Assembly (NCBI GenBank): GCA_934597165.1
Contig: CAKTQP010000015.1
Location: 8,612 to 40,611 of the forward strand
Origin: an uncultured Oscillospiraceae bacterium
GTDB taxonomy: Bacteria; Bacillota; Clostridia; Oscillospirales; Oscillospiraceae
Length of the DNA: 32,000 nt
Direction: 5' to 3'
Shown piece after piece: positions 15,642 to 22,316 of this stretch (its first letter is position 1; each line of letters opens with the position of its first letter). The translations under genes were made by a program, and so were the position numbers. The notes under the pieces are model-generated. The model had not been told where the DNA came from, did no database searches, and saw only the letters and a program-made list of their open reading frames with translations.

Positions 15642-16551
15642 GGTGAGCCAACAGGTAAATTTTGCTGGTATATCAATGAAAAATCCCGTTGTAGTGGCCT
15701 CTGGTACCTATGGGTTTGGCCGGGAATACGGCCAGTTCTATGACCTGAGTGAGCTTGGGGGTATCTGCTGTAAAGGACTTACACTTGCCCCTAGAGAGGG
15801 CAATCCACCCCCTCGCGTGGCCGAGACCCCTATGGGAATCCTGAACTCCGTGGGCCTTCAGAACCCCGGCGTGGACGCTTTTATCGCCGAAGAACTGCCG
15901 GAACTGCGGAAATATGACGTGAAAATCATCGCCAACATCTCCGGCAACACTCCGGAGGAGTACGGCATCATGTGCCGGAAGCTCAGCGACGCCGGAGTGG
16001 ATATGATCGAGGTAAACGTCTCCTGTCCTAATGTGAAATGCGGTGGGCTGCAGTATGGCGTGGTGCCGGAGATGACCGCGGAGGTGACCGAGGTGGCGAA
16101 GAAGCATTCCACTGTGCCGGTCATGGTCAAGCTCTCCCCCAACGTCACTGACATCACTGCCATCGCCAAAGCGGTGGAATCTGCCGGCGCGGACGCGGTG
16201 TCCCTCATCAATACTGTCCGCGGGATGCGGATTGACGTGAACACCCGTCGTCCCATTTTGAGGATGAACACCGGCGGTCTGTCTGGCCCCGCCGTCCTGC
16301 CTATCGCGGTGCGGATGGTGTGGGAGGTGGCCAATGTGGTCAAGATCCCTGTGTTGGGGATGGGCGGCATCGCCACCGGTGAGGACGCGGCTCAGATGAT
16401 GCTGGCAGGCGCTTCCGCTGTGGCGGTGGGGACGGCCAACTTTGTCAATCCTTATGCACCTTTGCAGGTGCGGGATGAGCTGGTTGCCATCGCGGAACGG
16501 CAGGGGCTGAGATCGGTCACAGAGCTGACCGGTGGGGTCCTGCCGTGGTGA
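15634..16551 (+). CDS. pyrD: Dihydroorotate dehydrogenase B catalytic subunit
   Basis: 305 aa. NPVVVASGTYGFG, NSVGLQNPG, the EVNVSCPNVK active-site loop and GMGGIATGEDA are present. It overlaps the pyrK stop by 8 nt. Confidence 0.9.
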   Translation: MNKVSQQVNFAGISMKNPVVVASGTYGFGREYGQFYDLSELGGICCKGLTLAPREGNPPPRVAETPMGILNSVGLQNPGVDAFIAEELPELRKYDVKIIANISGNTPEEYGIMCRKLSDAGVDMIEVNVSCPNVKCGGLQYGVVPEMTAEVTEVAKKHSTVPVMVKLSPNVTDITAIAKAVESAGADAVSLINTVRGMRIDVNTRRPILRMNTGGLSGPAVLPIAVRMVWEVANVVKIPVLGMGGIATGEDAAQMMLAGASAVAVGTANFVNPYAPLQVRDELVAIAERQGLRSVTELTGGVLPW

Positions 16552-16602
16552 AATGAGATTGATATTATGTCAATGAAGTAGAGATAGAAAAGAAGTGTTT
16601 TT

Positions 16603-17760
16603 ATGACCAGAATTTACATCATCCGCCATGCGGAGGCGGAGGGAAATCTATACCGGCGCATCCATGGTCAGTACAACAGCCTGGTCACCCCGCTGGGGTA
16701 CCGGCAGATTGAGGCGCTGGAGAAGCGGTTCCAGGATATCCATCTGGACGCCGTCTATTCCAGCGACCTGTTCCGCACCCAGACCACGGCCAAAGCCCTC
16801 TACCTGCCCAAGGGTCTGCCCCTGCAGCTGGAACCGGGGCTGCGGGAGATCTCCATGGGGGATTGGGAGGACGACACCTGGGGCGGCGCGGCGCGGAAGC
16901 ATCCGGAGCAGATGGCCTATTTCTCCGGCGGCAACGCTCACTACACCCCTATGGGCGGCGAGAGCTTTCAGGAGCTGCGGCAGCGGGTGGTGTCCACCTA
17001 CTATCGCCTGGCGGCAGCCAACGACGGCAAGACCATTGCCTGTGTCAGCCACGGGGAAGCCATTCGGACGGCGGTGAACGCCTTTTATGGACGCCCCTTG
17101 GAGGAGATGCACAACATGATCCCCAGTGATAACACGGCGGTCAGCTGTGTGGAGATCGAAGGGGAGACGGCTAAGGTGCTCTTCTATGGAGATGGTTCCC
17201 ACCTGACACCGGAACTGTCCACCCTGGGCAAACAGACCTGGTGGCGGGAGCCCAAGGAGAAAGCAGCCATTGAAGACCAGAATATTTGGTATCGCCCTTG
17301 GGAGCCGGTGGCGGAGCGGGCGCTGTATGAGAGCTATCGGCGAGAGGCTTGGATCAGCGTCCACGGCGATGAGCCCTGTCCCATGGAGCAGTTCTATCAG
17401 GCGGCGAAAACGTCCAGCGAACAGGATGCCAAAGCGGTCATGGTGGCCATGAACGGGGACGAGATTGCCGGTCTGCTGCAAATGGACTTGGAACGATACG
17501 CAGAAGCGAACGCCGGGTACATCCCCTTCTACTATATGAACCAAAAGTTCCGCCATCACGGCCTGGGCATCCAGCTCATCGGCCAGGCGGTGGCCACCTT
17601 CCGTCCCATGGGGCGCACCAAACTGCGTCTGCGGTGCAGCCCGGACAACGCATTAGCTCAGCGGTTCTACCTGCGCAACGGGTTCACCGACATCGGCCCG
17701 GCCACGGACAGTGCCGTGCCGCTGCGGCTGATGGAGAAAGAAATCGGGTATCCGGTATGA
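16603..17760 (+). CDS. Histidine phosphatase (phosphoglycerate-mutase-like) fused to a C-terminal GNAT acetyltransferase domain
   Basis: 385 aa. The N-terminus is IYIIRHAEAEGN...SSDLFRTQTTA...SHGEAIR (RHG/H phosphatase signature). The C-terminus FRHHGLGIQLIGQAVA...LRC...NALAQRFYLRNGF is GNAT motif-A-like. Confidence 0.8.
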   Translation: MTRIYIIRHAEAEGNLYRRIHGQYNSLVTPLGYRQIEALEKRFQDIHLDAVYSSDLFRTQTTAKALYLPKGLPLQLEPGLREISMGDWEDDTWGGAARKHPEQMAYFSGGNAHYTPMGGESFQELRQRVVSTYYRLAAANDGKTIACVSHGEAIRTAVNAFYGRPLEEMHNMIPSDNTAVSCVEIEGETAKVLFYGDGSHLTPELSTLGKQTWWREPKEKAAIEDQNIWYRPWEPVAERALYESYRREAWISVHGDEPCPMEQFYQAAKTSSEQDAKAVMVAMNGDEIAGLLQMDLERYAEANAGYIPFYYMNQKFRHHGLGIQLIGQAVATFRPMGRTKLRLRCSPDNALAQRFYLRNGFTDIGPATDSAVPLRLMEKEIGYPV

Positions 17761-19703
17761 GCAGGAAGAAAGTAGCTGATCAAAATCCCTTCCTGCCCGT
17801 GTCCAAGGCGGACATGGAGGCCCGTGGTTGGGATTGGTATGACTTTTTGATCATCAACGGCGACGCCTATGTGGATCATCCGTCTTTCGGCGGCGTGGTC
17901 ATCGCCCGCACGTTGGAGGCGGAGGGGTATCGGGTGGCGTTCTTGCCACAACCGGACTGGCACAGTGCCGATGCGTTCCTGGCTATGGGGAAACCCCGCC
18001 TGGCGGTCATGCTCTCCTCTGGCAACCTGGACTCCATGGTGGCTCACTACACTGCCGCCAAAAAGCGCCGTCGCCAGGACGCTTATTCCCCCGGCCATCA
18101 GACCGGCTTGCGTCCGGATCGGGCGGTCATCGTCTACGCCAACCGGGTGCGGGAGGCCTTTTCGGACACACCCCTCATCATCGGCGGTCTGGAAGCCTCC
18201 TTGCGGCGATTTGCCCACTATGACTACTGGAGCAACCAGGTGCGTCGAGCCATCTTGTTCGACGCCAGAGCCGACCTGCTCATCTACGGTATGGGGGAGG
18301 CGGCCGCGTTGGAGATTGCTGCGCAGCTCAACGCCGGTGTGCCGGTGAGCGACATTACCACCGTTCGGGGCACCAGCTTTGCCGCACGAGAGCGGGAGGA
18401 TTGCGTGTATCCGTGGGTGGAGGTGCCCTCTTATGAAGAGGTGAAGGCGGACAAGGTGGCTTACGCCAAGGCCAACCAGGTGGAGTACGAGGAACACGAC
18501 CCGGTGCGGGGCAAGGCCATCTTGCAGAAGCATGGGAACCGGTGGCTGGTGACCAACCCGCCCCAGATGCCCCTGTCCACCAAGGAGTTGGATCGCATTG
18601 CGGAGCTGCCCTACGTCCGGGAGCCGCACCCCATGTACGACGCCATGGGCGGTGTGCCTTCCATCGAGGAGGTTCGGTTTTCGGTCACCCATAACCGAGG
18701 GTGTATCGGCGGCTGTAACTTCTGTGCCCTGGCCTTTCATCAGGGGCGGATGATGACCTGCCGCAGTCACGAGAGCGTCATCCGAGAGGTCACGGCGCTG
18801 ACCCATCACCCTGGATTTAAGGGCTACATCCACGATGTAGGCGGCCCTACGGCTAACCTGCGCCACCCAAGCTGTAAGAAGCAGCTGAAGGAGGGGGTCT
18901 GCGCCAAACGGGTGTGTTTGGCGCCCAAGCCCTGTCCCAACCTGGATGCGGATGAGTCCGATTATGTGGCGCTGCTGCGGAAGCTGCGAAAGATTCCTGG
19001 CATCAAGAAGATCTTCATCCGCTCCGGCATCCGCTATGACTATATGCTCTGTGACAAACGGGACACCTTCTTTCGGGAGCTGGTGCAGTACCATGTGTCC
19101 GGTCAGTTGAAGGTGGCGCCGGAGCACTGCATCAATTCGGTGCTGGACTATATGGGCAAGCCCCATATCGAGGTCTATGAGCGGTTTCAGCAGAAGTACA
19201 ACGCCCTGAACAAAAACGCTGGGAAAAAGCAGTTTTTGGTGCCTTATTTGATGTCCTCCCACCCAGGCAGCACCTTGCAGGATGCGGTGGCGCTGGCGGA
19301 GTACCTGAATGCCAGCCATCGGCTGCCGGAGCAGGTGCAGGACTTCTACCCGGTGCCTGGCTGCCTGTCCACCTGTATGTATCACACCGGCATCGACCCG
19401 CGCACCATGAAACCGGTATACGTGGCCACCGATCCCCATGAAAAGGCCTTGCAGCGTGCCTTGCTCCAGTGGAAGGTTCCGGAAAACTGGAAGCTGGTAC
19501 GGGAAGCGCTGCAAAAGGCGGGGCGAGAGGATCTGATCGGGTTTGACGCCCGGTGCTTGATCCGGCCTTATCCGCCGAGAGCGAAGAAGGTCGAGGGAAA
19601 AGGCGGCGAGAAGCGTCCGAAAGGGAAGCCCGAAGCTGGCAAAGGGAAGAAATCCACAGGGCGTGTGGAGAAAAAGGCTGGCGGGCGGAAACGGAAAGGA
19701 TAA
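17757..19703 (+). CDS. ygiQ: YgiQ-family radical SAM protein (UPF0313)
   Basis: The track ORF 17634..19703 is trimmed to ATG 17757, which overlaps the upstream stop (ATGA). The protein is 648 aa. FLPVSKADMEARGWDWYDFLIINGDAYVDHPSFG is a YgiQ-type N-terminus, and the radical SAM triad is CIGGCNFC. The C-terminal tail is Lys/Gly-rich. Confidence 0.9.
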   Translation: MSRKKVADQNPFLPVSKADMEARGWDWYDFLIINGDAYVDHPSFGGVVIARTLEAEGYRVAFLPQPDWHSADAFLAMGKPRLAVMLSSGNLDSMVAHYTAAKKRRRQDAYSPGHQTGLRPDRAVIVYANRVREAFSDTPLIIGGLEASLRRFAHYDYWSNQVRRAILFDARADLLIYGMGEAAALEIAAQLNAGVPVSDITTVRGTSFAAREREDCVYPWVEVPSYEEVKADKVAYAKANQVEYEEHDPVRGKAILQKHGNRWLVTNPPQMPLSTKELDRIAELPYVREPHPMYDAMGGVPSIEEVRFSVTHNRGCIGGCNFCALAFHQGRMMTCRSHESVIREVTALTHHPGFKGYIHDVGGPTANLRHPSCKKQLKEGVCAKRVCLAPKPCPNLDADESDYVALLRKLRKIPGIKKIFIRSGIRYDYMLCDKRDTFFRELVQYHVSGQLKVAPEHCINSVLDYMGKPHIEVYERFQQKYNALNKNAGKKQFLVPYLMSSHPGSTLQDAVALAEYLNASHRLPEQVQDFYPVPGCLSTCMYHTGIDPRTMKPVYVATDPHEKALQRALLQWKVPENWKLVREALQKAGREDLIGFDARCLIRPYPPRAKKVEGKGGEKRPKGKPEAGKGKKSTGRVEKKAGGRKRKG

Positions 19704-19748
19704 AAAAGAACCACGTGACGTCTGGTTAGGACGTTACGTGGTTTTTCT
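19704..19748. terminator. Bidirectional intrinsic terminator between ygiQ and nth
   Basis: 14-bp stem AACCACGTGACGTC/GACGTTACGTGGTT flanked by AAAAAAG and TTTTTCTTT. Confidence 0.8.
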
Positions 19749-19758
19749 TTGAAATGGG

Positions 19759-20421
19759 TTACTTTTTCCCCTCCGACGACTTCCCTTGGCTCAAGAAGTG
19801 GTCGCACCACTCGCACAGGGGACAGAGCTCACACTTGGCCGTCCGAGCGGTACACACCGCCCGTCCGTGGAGCACCAGTCGGTGGCAGAAGTCGTTGGAT
19901 TCCTCCGGCGGCAGCACTTCTCGCAGCTGCTTTTCCACCTTCACCGGGTCTTTCGTTCCGTCGGTCAGGCCCAGGCGACCGGAGATGCGGATGCAGTGGG
20001 TGTCTGCCACCACGCAGCCGGGCTCGTGGAAGATGTCGCCGCGGATGAGGTTGGCGGTCTTGCGGCCGATGCCGGGGAGTTTTAACAGGTCGTCCATGTC
20101 CCGGGGGACTTTGCCGCCGAAGTCCCGCAGCAGCATTTGGGCGCAGCCCACCAGGTCGCGGCTCTTGCCGTTGTAGAAGCCGCAGGAGTGGATGTATTCC
20201 GCCACCTCTTCCGGCGCCGCCTCGGCAAAGGCTTCCAGAGTGGGGAAGCGCTGGAACAGGGCGGGGGTGACCTTGTTCACTCGGGCGTCAGTACACTGGG
20301 CGGACAGGCGGACGGAGAACAGCAGTTCGTAATCTTTTTGGTATTGCAGGGAACAGATGCCATCCGGGTACAGTTCTTTTAGTCCGTTGACGATGGCGCG
20401 TGCCTCTTCTTTGGTCTTCAT
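19759..20421 (-). CDS. nth: Endonuclease III (DNA-(apurinic/apyrimidinic site) lyase)
   Basis: The track ORF 19759..20529 is trimmed to ATG 20421, which follows CAGGAGG. The 220-aa protein has the HhH-GPD motif LLKLPGIGRKTANL and a C-terminal 4Fe-4S cluster C..RTAKCELCPLCEWC. Confidence 0.9.
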   Translation of the reverse strand: MKTKEEARAIVNGLKELYPDGICSLQYQKDYELLFSVRLSAQCTDARVNKVTPALFQRFPTLEAFAEAAPEEVAEYIHSCGFYNGKSRDLVGCAQMLLRDFGGKVPRDMDDLLKLPGIGRKTANLIRGDIFHEPGCVVADTHCIRISGRLGLTDGTKDPVKVEKQLREVLPPEESNDFCHRLVLHGRAVCTARTAKCELCPLCEWCDHFLSQGKSSEGKK

Positions 20422-20453
20422 GGCGTGTTCCTCCTGTGATAAAGTCACCATTG

Positions 20454-20462
20454 ATTGTAGCA
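20454..20462 (-). promoter_or_regulatory. Extended -10 element (TGcTACAAT) upstream of nth
   Basis: On the minus strand TGCTACAAT lies about 30 nt upstream of the nth ATG. The -35 is weak. Confidence 0.4.
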
Positions 20463-20506
20463 TAAAACAGGGGGCGGGAAAACCCATGTTTGTAGATTTG
20501 AAATAG

Positions 20507-20535
20507 TTGACAAGTTTGGCGGGATGCACTATACT
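20507..20535 (+). promoter_or_regulatory. Consensus sigma-A promoter with no protein gene downstream
   Basis: TTGACA (20507-20512), exactly 17 nt, TATACT (20530-20535). It points toward the 3' end of the minus-strand 29-codon ORF. Confidence 0.6.
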
Positions 20536-20541
20536 GAGGAT

Positions 20542-20642
20542 AGAGCAAGGGCGCTACCGGCAAAACGGTTAGCCCCCCTGAAAAGTTACTTTATAAGAAA
20601 TAACCGCTCAAGGTGAAGGCTGAGCGGTTACTTCTTTATGTT
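20542..20642 (+). ncRNA. Candidate ~100-nt sRNA (putative type I antitoxin), promoter-to-terminator unit
   Basis: The predicted TSS is about 7 nt after the -10. The unit contains a hairpin at 20552-20573, a single-stranded C6 tract at 20573-20578, and a 10-bp terminator stem at 20601-20630 followed by CTTCTTTATGTT. It has no ATG with an RBS. The ends are predicted, not mapped. Confidence 0.4.
20601..20630. terminator. Shared bidirectional terminator hairpin of the small ORF and the candidate sRNA
   Basis: TAACCGCTCA-(10 nt)-TGAGCGGTTA. The minus strand continues TTTCTTATAAAG and the plus strand CTTCTTTATG. The stop codon of the small ORF lies in the stem. Confidence 0.65.
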
Positions 20643-20717
20643 CCATGCAGCAATGAACAGGCCAACAAGACCGATCAAAACCATCGTATACTGAAACAGG
20701 TCAGAATAGGTTACCAT
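20628..20717 (-). CDS. 29-aa hydrophobic peptide, candidate type I toxin (Hol-Tox / holin-like toxin pattern)
   Basis: The minus strand reads GAAAGGGGGGCTGTCTC-ATG. Translation: MVTYSDLFQYTMVLIGLVGLFIAAWNIKK followed by TAA. It has a single TM helix with a KK terminus. In the track it appears only as the tail of the 526-aa shadow ORF 20628..22208. Confidence 0.6.
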   Translation of the reverse strand: MVTYSDLFQYTMVLIGLVGLFIAAWNIKK

Positions 20718-20827
20718 GAGACAGCCCCCCTTTCCACAAGAAACAGGGGGCAAGAAGTATCGCCCCCTGATGAGCAGAGGGACAAACCGCTTGCCGTTTA
20801 TCGGTAGCGCCATAAAAAGGATAACAC

Positions 20828-20856
20828 AAAATGCGACAAAACGCAATGTGGTCTGT
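20828..20856 (-). promoter_or_regulatory. Candidate promoter of the small toxin-like ORF (TTGCGT-17-TGtTATCCT)
   Basis: Read on the minus strand: -35 TTGCGT (20851-20856), 17-nt spacer ending in TGT, -10 TATCCT (20828-20833). This implies a 5' UTR of about 100 nt. Confidence 0.35.
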
Positions 20857-20882
20857 TCGGCTGCAGCACGAGAAAAAGTCTG

Positions 20883-20916
20883 GGACAAACATCCCAGACT
20901 TTTTTGGCACATTGCA
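20883..20916. terminator. Bidirectional intrinsic terminator with no adjacent annotated gene end
   Basis: AAAAAGTCTGGGA-CAAACA-TCCCAGACTTTTTT, a 9-bp GC-containing stem extended by A/T runs on both sides. Confidence 0.65.
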
Positions 20917-20964
20917 TGAGAGAAAACGGAATATTCCACAAGGTCCATCTCTTTTCTTGCGTCA

Positions 20965-21020
20965 CAAAATGTGGTAAAATAGACGCAAACGCGTCTCAAA
21001 ACGTGGCAAAATAGACGCAA
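20965..21020 (+). repeat. Two 24-nt direct repeats (22/24 identical) 32 nt apart upstream of rarA
   Basis: CAAAATGTGGTAAAATAGACGCAA (20965-20988) and CAAAACGTGGCAAAATAGACGCAA (20997-21020). Each contains a TGG-nAAAAT extended -10-like element. The palindrome AGACGC-AAAC-GCGTCT (20981-20996) lies between them. Confidence 0.6.
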
Positions 21021-21044
21021 GTATGGAGAAAGGAGGCGGCACAG

Positions 21045-22316
21045 ATGCAGTACCGTCCGTTGGCCGATGAGATACGGCCTCAGACCTTGGAGGACGTGGT
21101 GGGGCAGAGCCACATCCTGGGCAAGAACGGGGTGTTGCGCCGCATCATCGAGAGCGGTCAGGTGCCCAACATGGTCTTTTTCGGCCCGTCCGGCACCGGC
21201 AAGACCACGGTGGCCAACATCATCGCCAACCAGACCCACCGCACCCTGCACCGGCTCAACGCCACCACCGCCTCCATTGCGGACATCCGGGAGGTCATCG
21301 CCGATGTGGACACCTTGCTGGCGCCCAACGGGGTGCTGCTCTACCTGGATGAGATCCAGTATTTCAACAAAAAGCAGCAGCAGTCCCTGTTGGAGTTTAT
21401 GGAGAACGGCAAGATCACCGTCATCGCCTCCACCACGGAGAACCCCTATTTCACCATCTTCAACGCCGTCCTCTCCCGCTCCACCGTCTTCGAGTTCAAA
21501 CCGGTGACGCCCCAGGAGATCCGTCCGGCGGTGGACCGGGCGTTCCGGCTGTTGGAAGAGCGCAATGGCGTGACCATCCAGGCGTCGGACGACGTGCGGG
21601 ACTACCTGGCCACCGCCTGCGGCGGCGATGTGCGCAAGGCCATCAACGGGGCGGAGCTGCTCTATACTGCTGGCGAGCAGGTGGACGGCGTGGTGACGGT
21701 GACCTTGGAGGACGCGGAGCTGGTGGGACAGAAGTCCGCATTTCGCTATGACCGGGACGGGGACAACCACTATGACATCCTGTCCGCCCTGCAAAAGTCC
21801 ATCCGAGGCAGTGACCCGGACGCGGGGCTGCACTATCTGGCACGGCTGTTGGAGGCGGGGGACTTGGTGTCCGCCTGTCGGCGGCTCATGGTCATCGCGT
21901 CCGAAGACGTGGGGCTGGCCTATCCTCAGGCGGTGTCCATTGTGAAATCCTGCATCGACGCTGCCAATATGCTGGGGTTGCCGGAGGCACGTATCCCCTT
22001 GGCGGAGGCGGTCATCTTGATGGCTACCGCACCCAAATCCAACTCCGCCATCATGGGCATCGACGCCGCCCTCAGCGATATCCGAAAGGGAAACTATGGG
22101 GACATCCCCGCCTATCTCATGGACAGCCACTACGCCGGCGCTAAAAAGCTGGGTCGCGGGCTGACCTACCAGTATCCCCACAGCTTCCCTAACCACTATG
22201 TCCCCCAACAGTATCTGCCCGACCGGCTCAAGGACGCCGTCTATTATCAGTACGGCGAGAACAAGACCGAACAGGCGGCAAAAGCCTATTGGGCGCGCAT
22301 CAAGGGGAAGGCGTAA
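21045..22316 (+). CDS. rarA: Replication-associated recombination protein A (AAA+ ATPase)
   Basis: 423 aa, RBS GAAAGGAGG. RPQTLEDVVGQSHILG, Walker A GPSGTGKTT, Walker B LLYLDEIQYFNK, and the C-terminal MgsA region DNHYDILSALQKSIRGSDPDAGLHYLARLLEAG are present. Confidence 0.9.
   Translation: MQYRPLADEIRPQTLEDVVGQSHILGKNGVLRRIIESGQVPNMVFFGPSGTGKTTVANIIANQTHRTLHRLNATTASIADIREVIADVDTLLAPNGVLLYLDEIQYFNKKQQQSLLEFMENGKITVIASTTENPYFTIFNAVLSRSTVFEFKPVTPQEIRPAVDRAFRLLEERNGVTIQASDDVRDYLATACGGDVRKAINGAELLYTAGEQVDGVVTVTLEDAELVGQKSAFRYDRDGDNHYDILSALQKSIRGSDPDAGLHYLARLLEAGDLVSACRRLMVIASEDVGLAYPQAVSIVKSCIDAANMLGLPEARIPLAEAVILMATAPKSNSAIMGIDAALSDIRKGNYGDIPAYLMDSHYAGAKKLGRGLTYQYPHSFPNHYVPQQYLPDRLKDAVYYQYGENKTEQAAKAYWARIKGKA

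Noticed and set aside
17667-19514. 615-aa ORF antisense to ygiQ
   Set aside because: It is a shadow ORF with no RBS and low-complexity composition.
20613-20919. Plus-strand ORFs 20613..20807 and 20716..20919 in the nth-rarA gap
   Set aside because: They have no RBS, start inside or read through terminator hairpins, and are antisense to the toxin-like gene. They are better explained as non-coding.
20718-22208. Remainder of the 526-aa minus-strand ORF 20628..22208
   Set aside because: It is antisense to rarA and crosses a terminator and a promoter region. Only its last 29 codons, which have their own SD and ATG, look real.
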